64,000 nt of DNA from Octopus vulgaris. Lineage: Eukaryota. The position numbers and the translations under genes were made by a program. The number at the start of each line of letters is the position of its first letter. Position 1 is the first letter of the stretch. Location of the stretch: contig OX597814.1 of NCBI GenBank assembly GCA_951406725.2, positions 66,030,001 through 66,094,000 of the forward strand, in the 5' to 3' direction. The notes below the pieces were generated by a model that was not told where the DNA came from, made no database searches, and saw only the letters and a list, made by a program, of their open reading frames with translations. Positions 40,589-55,491 of the stretch are shown in pieces.

Positions 40589-41769
40589 CATATCACTACA
40601 TGTATCAAGAAAACATCGTGTCGCTCCACGAATATGAACAACTGGTAAGTAGAAGACTCTATATTGTATCAAATGCTTGGTCTCTACATCACTGAAGGTC
40701 TCTCTCTTTGTGAAGCATATCTTCAGTATAGCGAAGGCTGCATCAGGAAGAATGGGTTTCCTCTTCTGTATCAGAAAATACTTCGTCTCCTAAGAGCTGC
40801 TAACCTTCTAAAGATCACAAGCAAAACACACAATGGAATAATACTTCGGTGACTGGGGTGGTGATGCTGCAACACATACTCACAGAGATACCTCTGACCC
40901 AAACAAAAGATAGATAACCAGACTGATTAACACGATTCATTCCCCCACACACTACAGTAGCTGCCCTATAGGTTTTCAGTTACCCCTCCCTGTCATTTTT
41001 TCTATTTGTGATATTAAATTCTCTGAGTTGGTTAGTTCCGTGCTACTTCCACACAGATCGCGTAGCACACTCGTCTCTCCCTTTCTTGTCAACCTTATGT
41101 CCCATGCAAAGAAGCACACTGTGGAACCCGCTCCAATAAAACCCACGACGACAAGAATAACCACAAGAGTGAGGGTGTACGGGAAATACCAACGCATTGA
41201 ATGGAACTGGACCTTAGTTGTACTAACCAAGCGGCTCCCCAATCAACTTTACTAAGAGCGGGACAATGAGCGGACTCTTAGATCAGGTCGCCTCCAGAGT
41301 GTAACTTCAAAATGCCAACGAAATCCCTCTTGAAAGGACACTACGTTCAACCAGAGGTAATGTATAATTATGCAATGGAAATCCATAGTAATAGTAAGTT
41401 TTGAAATCTTGGGAAAAAGCACTTCGCAGAGCATTAACATTATTTTTCCAACACGAGAATTAAGTTGTCTCTATCACTGGCTGAATATGTTCATAATCTA
41501 ACCGGTAGTAAGGTTAACTATAGTTAGAAGGAGTTAGTGGTAAAGAGCACCCAACCCTCTGTGTGCGAAGCGTGCCTCTGGGATCCGCACTAAACAGGTG
41601 ATGGAAATTATATTAGCTATCACTTAATAAACTTAAAGAGGTAGGGAGTTTTGCAACTGCAACAAATCTCAGACCTTCCCACATTCATTTAACCTTCCCA
41701 CATGTATTTAACTCTTGTTTTCGTATTTCAGCTTTTTTAAGGTTTGTGACATCCTGTATCCGTATAAGC

Positions 41770-41801
<32 letters not shown>

Positions 41802-42859
41802 ACATATACATATATATATGCTTATATACATATATTACTTATATATATATATTACTTATATATATATATATCCCTATATGTACATATATGTAAATGGATG
41901 CGTGTGTGTGGGTGATGTAATTTGTCAGTCTTTATGTTGATACCTCTTAAAAACAGAGCTGATTGTAACCTAATATGTAAAATAATCGCAGCAGCAGCAA
42001 CAACAACAGCGACGACGATAACAACAATAAATAACTCCAACGTCAACAACAATTACAACTGCATACATAATTGCATGTATAAGTTGAGTTGACATCTATA
42101 GGCAAAATCCCTGGATTTACTTTTGAATCTCTTTACTTTTATGTGTCGTTTCGCAATCCATACCATACTAGCACAAGCTCACACACACACACACACACAC
42201 ACTCGCGCGCGCGCACACATACATTTGTATTCACCCAAGTATATTCATATTAACACTGATGCTTACAGAACCTCTATTCTTATTTGAATAAGAGCATTTA
42301 TAAGAAATTGTAATCAAATTTCTTTGTATAAATTCATAGATGCATACACACATATACTTTTTTTATTTCTCTCTTTTTATATATTATTCTCTCTATATCC
42401 TGAGGTGTCGGCAAGAAGCAAAAAATCTAAGCTATTGTGTTTCCATTCTCTTTCAGATTGCTCAATGTAATATATTTTGTTTGCACTGTTTTTCAGTTTA
42501 CGTATATACTCTCAAAAATATTTTACAGAAGTTGAAATGTTTTCAATTTACTCTTATAAACTGCTTGAAACTTTATCTAATTCCGTTTAGTAATAATCGT
42601 GGGAAAAGCTGGATGGAACACACAATGATCCCAAATATGGAATGTAATGCCACTAGCAACTAGAAAATAACAGATCACCTTGGAATTCAAATGAAGCTAA
42701 AGGATTTTCTTATCATCAACTCTGAATATTATTTTGTAAACTTGAAATAATATATGATTAACATCTTGTGCAACTGCAATGGACTATGAATTAGTAATTT
42801 TAGATCGGTAAACACATCAATGACTGAGCAGCACATATAAATGTACTGGTAAATGGCAT

Positions 42860-43660
42860 TCTCATATTCAATAAAGTTATCCGAATGGATTTCGTGATCA
42901 AGAAGCATGTTGTACTGATTTTAAAGAGAGGAAAATTTGTGTCATCTCATGTGCTAATATGTTGGGAAATTATAGAAGAGACAGAAAAATGGAGGAAAGA
43001 TTGATGCATGGAAAATAGAGTAGACAGGGAAACATTATTGTAATGGATATGAAGACAAGTCCTTAAGGTTTAGACCGAAATTTTGATATGTGCAGCACAA
43101 GAACAATCTCTCAGAATTAATTATATGAGTTATAATTTCGTCAAGATTATAGTCTCCATTAAGTAATCTCTGTGGAATGAAAGGAATAATAGTCTGCCAT
43201 ATTGTACATGAGCATAATAGAACACAAAAAGAGACATGGTTACATTGTCAGGAAGTTATGTGAGAAACAGAAAGTTATGTGAGAATACAGAACAGGAAAC
43301 TGGTGAAACTCACTGTAGAGTCAGATGAAGTGAAACTACTGTAGGGTTTCAACACATCCAATGTGGTCACAGGATACATAAACCAAGAAATGATGTTTTT
43401 ATGGTTGAAAAGGAGAAAACATTTTTGTGATAGTCGATGAAGCATCACCAGAGGATTGCAAAAAGAAATATCTGAAACAGAAAAGGAAATGTTTGAGGGA
43501 CAGGAAAACTAGGAGAGAAGAATTTACAAAATATGAAAATGGTGAAGTCATAGCAGTAGTAGTAGGTGCCTTGACTGTAACAACCAAAGCTGAAGCATGG
43601 ATTGCGAAATTTTTCAGAAGTTTGTATTCTGACAGCTTATATTCTGGGAAAGGCTGTTGA
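42860..43660 (+). mobile_element. Highly decayed R4/Dong-like LINE fragment
   Basis: LKRGKF, ICAAQEQSLRINY, IVDEASPED and IAVVVGAL occur in the expected order. Confidence 0.65.
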
Positions 43661-44871
43661 AATACAAAGGAGAAGGAAAGTTAATCGCTCTCTGAACATA
43701 GAATATTAATATAAATTCGACCTCCTGAAAGAGTGATAATAATATTAATAATCTCTAACATCAGCACAAAACCAAAGATTTAATGGGTGTGCGTACGTCT
43801 GGATGATGAAATCAATCCCAGTACTTGACTAGTACTTTATTTTATTGACCGCAGAAGAATGAAAGGCAAAGGTGAAAATAGTGGTATTTGTACTTAGATT
43901 GAAAAGAGCCGTAACTAAGTATCACAATGTAGTTTGTACGATGCACTCTTCTGTCACAGCATCAATAAAAAGAATAACAAGAGAGTACATAGCCGTTTCT
44001 TTCTACCAAAATTTACTCTGGGACATTCAGTGAAAAAGTTATGGCTTTCACGTTTTATGAGATTCCTCTCAAATGGCTTCCTTTTATGCGTTGACTTCTG
44101 GGAGGGGTTATATTACCACTCCCGGATCACTAAGTGCTACGTTGAGATTGAAATGTTGAAATCTCTTAGATCTTTGAATGAATATTATTTAGCTATTTTA
44201 TTTATTACAATTATTATGTTATTCCTGTATACATATTTCTTTGCATCATTCTCAACTTCCATGCAATGTTATAATGATTGAGGTGGAGAGATACAAAGGA
44301 AGAGATAGAGATAAAGAGATAAAAATAGAGAAAGAAGGGGAGGAACAGAGAGAGGAAGAGGAATAAATAGAAAGTGACAAAATGAGATAAAATAAGAAAA
44401 TGATTGATTGAGACCAAAATAGTGTGGGACTTTAAATTAAGGACAGATATGGACTCAGTTGTTTTAATCAAATGTGGTAATAACATGTATGATTATTTAT
44501 ACATGTACCGCGGTAAGTTCGATTTTTGGACAAATTTTTTTTCAACCTTTTCTTCCTACAATTTAATCAGTAGTCACCGGCAGAAAAATTGCTGTCTCTG
44601 TCTGTGCCTATGTAAGTGAAAATAGTTTGAACTCTATAACTGAGGTGTTGAGACTCTAATATATTGGCATAATTTGCCTTTATATAATTTATCAAGGGTA
44701 AAACTCAGTTTAGTACATAAGCAAAAATAAACTAAAATGAAACTCTTGAAAGAGTCATAGATCATAGATGATTTGATTATCATTGATGAAAATTGAACTT
44801 TTGTTCATGTTTTTTGTATCAATATTTTAGCTGATATACATACACACACACGCACATACACACACATACAC

Positions 44872-44958
<87 letters not shown>

Positions 44959-45039
44959 TTACGATATTGACATAAAAATATGAAAAGGTTAAATTTCATC
45001 AATGAGAAAGGCCATCAAACATATATATACACGGCTAAC

Positions 45040-45700
45040 TAGAACACAGAAGGATTTCCCTCTTTATCTACAGGCGCATGCTTAGAACAGGCCTGTACAC
45101 TCGGACCATTATTACCACTTCATCCACCTTTCAATAAATTTACTGGAAGGCAGCTCCTCTCTCCACCCTCATTTTCCTTTTCAACGTAACTTCAGAGTTG
45201 ATGAGAGCTTACCAAGAGATGATGTTTGTCTTCAGCCCTTTCAAGCTGGTACATCACACAACTTTAATAATTAATGCCACCAGACAGATGAAGACTATCT
45301 CTCTTCCTAGCCAACGGAAGTTGATGGGAGGATTTTCGCAATGAACTCATCTGATCGACGGGTCTGTCCCACACACAGCTCTAGGCATTCCACAAAGCTC
45401 AAGAAGTCGGGTACTGTATGAATGAGTGTAAAACTGCTTCATTGTTTTCCGCACATAAGGATGTTCGGCTGACGGCACCTCCATACATGAAGAGTTTATT
45501 ACGACCCGGTAATATCTCATCCCACCTCTCGGTAGCAATGTCGCGCTAGAGATTTCTGGAAATTATCCACAAGCCCCGGCCTGAAAGATCAGCCTAGCCT
45601 GATGATTCTCATCGACACCCAGTGTCTCCTTGAAAGCATCATCATTCGTGCCAGCTATTAACCCTAAAGAATGCTAAAGTGGAACTTTCATCGACCATAT
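45040..45700 (-). mobile_element. Tx1/L1-like ORF2 C-terminal fragment, decayed
   Basis: FRPGLVDNFQKSLARHCYR and the zinc-knuckle remnant CAENNEAVLHSFIQY..LW. Confidence 0.5.
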
Positions 45701-46852
45701 TGTGCGACTGGTATTTAATTAATTAAATATTAGATATTTAAGCAGCCAAGTCCTTTATTGTTTTTATTCTGATTCAATAAATCATGAGTGGAACAATGAA
45801 TGTAGAAATACGTAAATAATAATGATAACTAAGAAAAAAAATCTATATTTGAAACGCCTTTTTATTTTATTTTAAATCTCACCTACCGAAGAGAATAAAT
45901 TAGACCTTTATAATGTTCTCTTTATAGAAATCTGGGTCCTTTTGTCAGAAACAATTGTCTGGGAATAGAAAATAAAAGGATAATCCATTATAACATCCAG
46001 TCTGCTTCATTTATTATTCATTTCCTTTATTTGATGAAATTTATTGAACTTTGTTTCATAAATTAAGTCTTATATTAATTATTTTTTACATACTTTCATA
46101 GCTATACAATTTAAAAGTTCATAAATAACGTGAGAAAAGAACATTAGAAATGTATAGAAAAAATTCCTATTAAAGTACGAAGATTAATTCATCCGGATAA
46201 ATATTATATATATATAAAATAATATATATATAATATATATAAAATAATATATATATAATATATATATATAAAATAAGGTAGAAAATGGTAAAATAATTTT
46301 ATCATGAAATACATTTTGTTATGGTTAGTACCGGTTTCTGTCTCTTCGATATCTTTTTTCAATTTTATCGCCTATACTTATTAATACATGCAATAAAACA
46401 TGAATATGTAACAGTGTGCGAGTATACAGAAACAAAGTTATATACGAGAGCAAGAGTTGGGAGTAAATACATTACAGAATATATAAAGTAAGTTGCCTCG
46501 AGCTGACAGTCCATTACGCAGAAATCTATTTTTCTTTCAATAAGATTTAAACTAAATGAGAATTCTCCACCACATTAATGAAAGAAACGTCATCACATCG
46601 TAGATTTAACTTCAGGTATCGCTCGCATTCATTTCAGCAGTATAGGATATCATAAAGTAAAGCACCTTATTTAAGAACAAATGCGCTGACCTGATTGAAA
46701 TCAAACCCACGATTCAACGCTCGTCAGCTCAGTATGAAACCACTACACTACAATTTCAGTTACATATAACAATTTGTTTCTATGTTTTAGAAAATTTCTC
46801 GAAATAAATGAATATATGTGTGTTCAAATATATTTTTAAAATAAAGTATATA

Positions 46853-47684
46853 CTAGATGGTATCAAAAAATTCTTGGACTAGTTCTGTAGTGCGCCAATA
46901 GATGGCAGCACACGGTTCTGTGCGCAGTGAGAGCTAGAAGTAATCTTATGTGGCAGTGTGCCGAGTGACATTACTGTGCTTATTTCGCAAGTTGTGAAAG
47001 TTGTATTTTTGTAATCATGTGTATGCTGTAATTTGCGATTTTGCTATGGACAAGAGCAAATAGCCAATGTGAAATTTTGCCTTAAACTTAAGAAATTTGC
47101 TACATAGGCATTGAGCATGCTTCGGCAAGCTTATGGCGAAGAAGCAATGGATCGTACGCAATGTTTCGAGTGACACGGGCGCTACAAAAGTCGAAGAACG
47201 TCCCCGGAAGACGATGAGCGATCTGGAAGACCTGCCATGAGCAACACACCAGGAAATGTGGTGTTGTGCATCGAGAATTCGTCCCCCAGGGTCTGGCCGT
47301 CAGTTACGATTTCTACAGTAGAGAGTTTTACGTGTTGAAGCATTTGAAGGAGTGGAGCGCAAAGAATTGGATTCTTCACCGAGCTCTCCTCACACGTAAG
47401 TTTCCCGCCAAAAATAACATGGTATCACTTTCACACCCACCCTATTCGTCAGCTCAAAGGTCACTTTTTTAACATTGTTGTTGAAATCCAGAACGAATCG
47501 CTGAAGGTCCTCTACTCGATTATGGAAAACGACTTCCAGGCCGGATTCCAAAAGTGGCCAGAACATCGGGACCTGTGTATTACTGCGTAAGGTGGCTATT
47601 TTGAAGGAGATAATGTTAAAACTTAGGTATATAAGATAATTTTAGTAAACAAAACTAGTCCGGGAAACCTTTGATACCACCTCG
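46853..47684 (+). mobile_element. Internally deleted mariner transposon with TIRs
   Basis: TIRs TGGTATCAAAAAATTCTTGGACTAGTT and AACTAGTCCGGGAAACCTTTGATACCA. Remnants QAYGEEAM, EDDERSGRP, SHPPYS and GYFEGD. Confidence 0.9.
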
Positions 47685-48493
47685 GAAACAATGAAAATGC
47701 TAATCAAATCATTATAGTAGTGATATTAAAGACAGAGAAAAGGATAGCGATTGGAGTGCGTCTGTGAGAGACTTTATACTAATCAGTCAGATGACCCATT
47801 ATGGGCGTATGTGCATCAACTTTGGGGTTCGCCTGAGCTTTATAGAGTTACATTAAGTGTTAGGGTATGAAATATCTTCTGTTCCTACACAGAAGGATAA
47901 TTGATTTGGATTTGGTCCTAGATATGTGAAGGTCATGTAATCTTTAAGATAATGAAACTCAATAACTGAAGTGGTTTTGAACGCTCCAGCGGAATTCCGG
48001 CAAGTCGTGCAATTAAGTTCCTTTGATATGAATGTTATTTGTGCTGAGGATTGTTATGGTGGAATAAATGCTTGAGATTAACTGCTACTGGATATGTTAG
48101 CAAGTAAGTCATTCATGTCTAAAATGAAGAGTACTGTACCCCTTACCGCTATAGCTATAGCATTATACAAACAAGCGAAAGTTTACCAAATATGATATAT
48201 AAAATAATCTAAAATTGATGCTGTTTTTGTACCTCAAAGTAAATGTGAAGCGTCTACAATTGGCATTTAAGTATAATGAACCAAAGCACATTTTTGCAAT
48301 AGTCTTTTGAAACAGAATTTAGTATTTTAGCGTATAAGCAGGTACCGAGAAATGCGAAATTAAAGGATTTTGCTGAATTCGAGAAGAGATAAGTTGATGC
48401 ATGTGTATGCTTATGTTCAGGTTGAAGCCATTGTTTATTTTTGGCCGGGTTTGTAAGTTGTATTTATTCTTAAGTAATATTATGACTTGGAAA

Positions 48494-48710
48494 AGGCAGC
48501 GAGCTAGCAGAATCATTAGCACGCCGGGCAAAATGCTTAACAGCATTTCGTCCGTCTTTATGCTCTGAGTTCAAATTCCACCGAGGCTGACTTCGCCTTT
48601 CATCCTTTTGTAGTCGATAAAATAAGTACCACTTGTGCACTAGAGTCGATGTAATCGACTTACCCGCTTCCCCGAAACTTCTGACTTTGTGCCAAAATTT
48701 GAAATCAATA
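48494..48710 (+). mobile_element. SINE family A
   Basis: Full head and central domain. Confidence 0.88.
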
Positions 48711-49806
48711 TTTTCATATGCACTGTGAGATGTGCTTCTTTGATCCATCGATAGTATTTTCTTCAATATTCGTATTATGGAATTTATGTTGGTGGCTGAG
48801 GAATTATGTTAACTGCTATTCTGTCACTTGGTGAAAAGGGGTTAATGAACATTGCTTTAGATTTGTTTATTGGTTTTTGAGCACGCTGTGATGAGCAGGT
48901 GGTTGGAGAAGAATTAAAGAAGAATTGATTGTAGTATCTAGTTGTTAGTAAGCCATGTTCATCTTGGTTATCTTAGTTATAAGTGAAATTTTGTTTTAGT
49001 GCATTTATTATACCACAGTATTTATTAGTGCATTTATTATACCTCTGTATTGTCTTTGCTCAAAACATTATCTTCAAATAACGGTCTTAAGGAACCACAG
49101 TAGCAACTGCAAACAATATACCCGCACCACAATAGTATATAAAAATCACCAACACTATGAACTCATAAAAAAATGTGTCCACCTAATGTAGAACGTTTGC
49201 CTGTTAGTAGGAAAGTAGTCCAGAAATGAGATATCGGAGTCATAACACAGCGTTGGAACCTCAAAAACATTAGAGTCCAACAAAATCATCCACGTCAAAC
49301 AGCTACAGTGTGATGGCTGTATTTTAATTGCAAGCATCACCAACTACTGACAAACAAATGAGAAAAGAAGCTTCAGAGTGGACTTAGCCCTGCACAACCT
49401 ATACATAAATGGTAAGATAGATAGTCGTGGACGGTATATCTTAGGTCATATGGTTAATCATCAATAACACCAACAACAATATATTATACCAACAACCCAA
49501 AACTCAAAAATCTAAAATCTGATTTTTAAAAAATTTTATAAAGTCAAGTAAAAACAAAACCGAAGCATCACAGAAATCCATCAGGATACACTAGACAGAA
49601 ACCCGCACACACAAACATACACATACACACTAATACAAACACATGCATCATATACAGGCACTCACACGCATAATACATATATATGCACATACATATACAC
49701 ACATACGCGCATACACAAATAGAGAGAGTAAGAAGGAAGACGAAAGGGAAAAAGAAGTGAGTATGTCTTATGTTTGTGGAGTGGTCTGCATGTATATGCA
49801 TAATAC

Positions 49807-49846
<40 letters not shown>

Positions 49847-49856
49847 CATATATATA

Positions 49857-49937
<81 letters not shown>

Positions 49938-50430
49938 GTGTATGTGCGTCTGTGTATGTATATGTATATGCAGGTATATGTTTGTGTATGTTTACTGACA
50001 TTCTACATTCTCAAAAAAAAAAAGTAAAAGAAAAAACAAAGAAAACAATTACCCAAAGGAGTTGTGGGTGGAAGCCAGTGAAGAATAATCTTAAGAAATA
50101 TATTTAAAAGAAAAATAGCGAAAGAGAAAAACAAAACATTTAAGAAATATGATAAAAGAAAAATGAAAAGAAAAAAATGATAGGAAAACAAGAAACAAAT
50201 ATAAAACAAAACTAAAAGGAAAAAAAAGAAGTCGATAAGAAAAACAGTCATGCAGTGACTGCCCGCAAGGGGGAGCTGTTAGACACCCATAGTGTTCTCA
50301 TCGTTTCTTCAAGAACGGCCTGATGCCAGGTTTTCAGCAGAAACTTTCTCTAGTGATGAGTGTTATTCATGACGAAACTATTCTAACAGCTGTCATAACA
50401 GTTTTTCTTTTCTTTCTCCCTTTCGTACTC

Positions 50431-50464
<34 letters not shown>

Positions 50465-53074
50465 ATATGTCTGTCACGTTTCTCTCTCTCTCTTTCACAC
50501 TTATTCTCCCTTCCTCTCTACCGCTCTTATTCTCTCTCTTTTTTCTCTCTCTCACTCACTCTGTCTCTCCTGTTCCCTCTAAATTTACTTCTCTTTCTCT
50601 CCTCTCAGTTTAAAATCTCTCTTCTCTCTAACTATGTACATGTCTCTTCCTCTTTCTCCTCTCTTAACACAAGCGACAGATATATCTCCAATATAGTTCA
50701 AGGTGGTGATCGGAATGAGAACACTACATATACATATTTATGAGAAGTGCATTGTAAACACATACACATATACACGAGCATACACACATGAACATACGCA
50801 CGAAAAGACAAATCCAACAGGCTTAAATACACACACATGGACACGCACTCACACAAAAATATGCGTATGCAAGCATTACATTTTTATATGTATATATGCG
50901 TCTATATATACACATATACGTATTCATATAGATAATTATATTTATGTGTGTGAGTGTGTGTGTGTGTGTGTGTGTGTTTGTGTGTTTGTGTGTTATAACA
51001 TAGAAATATGTAGATATATGTGTATGTGTGTATATATATATATACACATATGAGTTTCTATGTATGTATTAATGTATGTATATATATGTAGATATATCAT
51101 GCCCACGTATGTGTATGTGTGCTTTTGTATATAGACACGCGCGCGCACACACACACACACATATTATTCTTACTAAATATTTATAAATGTACACACACGC
51201 GTGTGTGTATGATGTGTATGTATTTCTATTTGCATGCATGTGTGTGTATGTAAGCATTTATGTATATGTATATATAGTCCGTTATAGATAAAGCGTCGTG
51301 CCTTTAAGTTTAATATTTAGATAACTAGTAACAAAATAGGAGACAGTTGATAAAATCAGGACAAGTATAACGACTTCTGTCAGTCATGCTGGACAAAATA
51401 TGTTGAAAGCAGCGCAACTCATTGGCATCCAAGTATTTATGGCCGACTGATTATGTAGTTAGCTTCAAAATCATGAGATTTTGTGTCTTGACTATGGACT
51501 CGGGTCAACCCATGTCTTGTAACTGAAATTGAAGTAACAGAAATTGTGCATGGATTGTACTTGTAATATCTTGTATCACGCTGATTCCACGTTAGAATTA
51601 TATAAATAGCCCACTAGCCATTGTAATACGTAACCATTCCATACTTTGGAATTCATTTAATGAAACAATTGTATATCTATCGCAGAAACCACCAGGGTTA
51701 TTCTGAAACTCTACAAGGTATAGGCGCAGAAACATGATGAAGGAAACCGGCGGTAAAAACTAGAAAACCACGCTGTTTTATTTGTGGTAGCAACAGTTAC
51801 TTGAAAGCTTTTATCAAGTGCCGTAGTGCACTTTGGCGGAGTTTTGGATCAGGACGCCCATATAAGTTGGATTTTCCCTGTTTTGACGGGATTTTTCCAA
51901 TTTTTTTTACCACGGTCTTCGAAAAGATGCGGGGAAGATTGTTATGAAAAATAATTTTTGAAACCTTTACACCCACCTCCGGACCGATTTTGGCAAATTG
52001 TTTGGCACTTACGCACTTTAAAACGTTGGGAGAAGCCTTTTCGGTAAAAAAAAACTGAAAATATTTTCAAACGAAAAGGTCTGTACTTTAAGGGAGATTT
52101 AGCTGTTAGTACTTTCTATTAACACATTTTGTTTAGCTCAAGGACAGCCCATTGCTGGTGACAAGTTTTCTCAAATCTGAAAATTGTTCGTAACATTCAC
52201 CTGAAGTAATACTATTAATTTTCAGGTTTCCTCAACTAGTAAAACTACATTACACTTATTAAAATTAATCTACATTCACTTATATATTGTTTACGTCGCG
52301 CACATTTCTATTGAACCATTAACGGTGACGAATCGACAAATCAGTAAAGGAATGCATGCAGAGTAGAATATATATTTGATGATTAGTTTTTCAATGATTA
52401 TCTCTGACTATTGAAAAGGTTGCAAGACGCAACGAAAATTTTAGAAAAAATAAAGAAGTAAATGAGTGGAAACTGAACCGGTGAGTGTGTTAAATAATAA
52501 GACACAAAAAGAGAATACTCTCCTCAGACACAACAAAATATGGTTTAATACACGAAAAAGAATCTTGCAAATCAAATCCCAACTCCCAAAATACTTAAAG
52601 ATTTTTACTGCGTATTTGTTCAAGTGTTGTTTTAATACTGTCTCTTAATGTTACCGTTGAAATTCGCACACGAAAAGTTTTCATTAATTCGTACGCCTCT
52701 CTCTCTCTCTCTTTCTCTCTCTTCCTCCCTCTCTCTCTCTTTCTCTCCCCCCCTCTCTCTCTCTCTTACTCTCTACGATTTATGATATCAAAATTTTGAT
52801 TTCAATTTCTAAATGTACAAACTATTGTGCGTGTGAATTAGGTTGTGCCTGTGCTTGTGGTTGTGGTAGTAATGGGGATGATGTTGAAATTGTTATTGAA
52901 GCTGTGGTTGGTGGGAGTGCTTGGGCATTGTTGCTCAAAGGCATCTCATTTGTTCGTATTTGCCAGTCTTTTGTGTTCGTGTTGGTGTGTCTTAGTTCCC
53001 TGCAACTTACATGCTGACAGAGAGAAAGGGAGCGGAAAGAGTGGGGGGAGAGATGTTTGACCGAATATAATTTG

Positions 53075-53470
53075 TAACTAAAAGGAACTCTGGCACTCCG
53101 ACGGTTACGAAGATGGGGGTTCCAGTTGATCCGATCAACGGAACAGCCTGCTCGTGAAATTAGCGTGCGAGTGACTGAGCACTCCTCAGACACGTTTACC
53201 CTTAACGTAGCTCTCGGGGAGATTTAGCGTGACACAGAGTGTGACAAGTCTGGACCTTTAAAATGCAGGTACAACAGTAACAGGAAGAGAGAGTGAGAAA
53301 CAGTTATGATGAAAGAGTACAGCAGGGTTCTCCACCGTTCCCTGCCTGAGCGTCGTGGAGCTTTAGGTGTTTTCGCTCAATAAACACTCACAACGCCCGG
53401 TCTGGGAATCGAAACTGCGATCCTACGACCGCGAATCTGCTGCCCTAACCACTGTGCCATTGCGCCTCCA
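53075..53470 (-). mobile_element. tRNA-derived SINE, family C
   Basis: Minus-strand head GTGGAGGCGCAATGGCACAGTGGTTAGG...GTTTCGATTCCCAG with A and B boxes, and a body GTGTCACGCT..GAGTGCTCAG..GGATCAACTGGAACCC. Confidence 0.85.
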
Positions 53471-53524
53471 CAACAGGAACTCTACAAAACAAAATAAAGA
53501 ATTTTATCAATATATAATGTACTT

Positions 53525-54135
53525 AAGGCGGCGAGCTGGAAGAAACGTTAGCACGCTGGACGAAATGCGTAGCCGTATTTCGTCTGTCGTTACGTTCTGA
53601 GTTCAAATTCCGCCGAGGTCCAATTTGCCTTTCATCCTTTCGGGGTCGATAAATTAAGTACCAGTTACGCACTGGGGTCGATGTAATCGACTTAATCCGT
53701 TTGTCTGTCCTTGTTTGTCTCCTCTGTGTTTAGCCCCTTGTGGGTAGTAAAGAAATAGGTATTTCGTCTGCCGTTACGTTCTGAGTTCAAATTCCGTCGA
53801 GGTCGACTTTGCCTTTCATCCTTTCGGGGTCGATAAATTAAGTACTAGATGTATAATGTGGTCGATCTAATCGACTGGCCGCTTCCTCAAAAATTTCGGG
53901 CTTTGTGCCTGGAGTAGAAAACAATAATTAGAGGCGGCAAGCTGGCAGAAACGTTAGCACGTCGGGCGAAGTGCTCAGCGGTATTTCGTTCGTCTTTACG
54001 ATCTGAGTCCAAATTCTGCCGAGGTCGACTTTGCCTTTCCTCCTTTCGGGGTCGATAAATTAAATACCAGTACTGGGGTTGATGTAATCGGCTGGCCCCA
54101 TCCCCCAAAATTTCGGGCCCTGTGCCTAGAGAATA
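53525..54135 (+). mobile_element. Two head-to-tail SINE family A copies, the first with a duplicated core
   Basis: Heads at ~53526 and ~53932. Confidence 0.9.
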
Positions 54136-54656
54136 AAAGAATATATAAAATGTACTAATTAGGAGGAGATAAATCAGTAAATATGTAAAACATTTGTACG
54201 AGTACTCGTTTTGAGACACTCACAGATATAAATCGTGAAGTCTGGGATCGCAACTCACATAAGCAGTACATACAGATGTGTGTGCACGTTTATTAAAAGG
54301 ATGGGGGAGATATAGAGACTGTACGAGAATGTACGAGAATGAGTATAAGGATTGATAAAGAACGTAAGTGTAAGAAAAAATGCGGGTAGATGATTGGGTG
54401 GGTAGGAATATTTCAATACATTATCTACGTGTCTGTTTGTTAACTTTCTGAGATTCTTATCTGACCTGCCGACCCTTTCAGCCGTTAAGTGAAAGAGCTG
54501 TAAATATGTTGACGCATTGGAAATGTTGCTCTTCTTGCTGTGGTTACTGCTGCTGCTGCTGCTGCTGTTCATGTTGCTCTTGTTTACAGCTGGCTCACTT
54601 CCTTGGTATTTTCACTGCCCAGATATACGTGTATGAATGTGCAAGTGTGTATGTAT

Positions 54657-54696
<40 letters not shown>

Positions 54697-54725
54697 ACAC
54701 ACACACACACACATACACACACACA

Positions 54726-54756
<31 letters not shown>

Positions 54757-54882
54757 TCTCTCTCTCTCTCTTTCCCTTTCTCTCTCTCACGCACGCACAT
54801 ATATATGCGTATATATATGTGTGTGTGCATATATGCATATATATAGAGAAAGAGAAAGAGAAAGAGAGGGAAAGAGAGAATG

Positions 54883-54951
<69 letters not shown>

Positions 54952-55024
54952 TACTTGTATATGTATGATATATGTTTATGTGTGTGTATAAATGTATGTA
55001 CACGTAAACATATATGTTAGATTT

Positions 55025-55415
55025 CCACGTCGTGAACGGCAAATGAGAGTTTAGTAAAATAACTTGGTAATCATATTCTATGGACACGAATGTCTCTTGA
55101 GGCCTGCTGGTGCCTTGCAAACCTTTCGGCTAGGGGAACAAGGTGGGAGTCAGTTTGTTCGAGTGCTTGTCGATCATTTACGATGTGTATTTTTTGAGTG
55201 GGCGGCAAGGCCTGCTTTGCCACGAGCAGCGTTTTGCCAGTGTGCACTTACACTTGCATGAAGTTTGTCTCAATACTAGAGCCGACTTTGTTCAAATCTT
55301 TGATATGAGAGGACGTAGGACTGGCGCCAGGTCCTGCGTTCTGATGCTTTATTTTCCCAGGAAGAAAAGGGAATGCTGCATCACTTTAGATTGTTTTTTA
55401 GTTTGTCTTTGAAGC
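55025..55415 (-). mobile_element. RTE-clade LINE 3' fragment with two C2H2 zinc-finger remnants
   Basis: RRTWRQ..RFEQSR, then GKAGLAAHSKNTH and CSPSRKVCKAPAGLKRH. Confidence 0.6.
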
Positions 55416-55420
55416 GCATA

Positions 55421-55487
<67 letters not shown>

Positions 55488-55491
<4 letters not shown>

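Noticed and set aside
45592-45650. CTGATGA...GAAA
   Set aside because: There is no stem I or closing stem II, and it lies in a LINE coding remnant.
50355-50392. GTGATGA..GAAA hammerhead-like string
   Set aside because: The core C is missing and stems I and III are not convincing.
53380-53470. Apparent tRNA gene
   Set aside because: It continues into a SINE body and has no proper acceptor stem; it is a SINE head.
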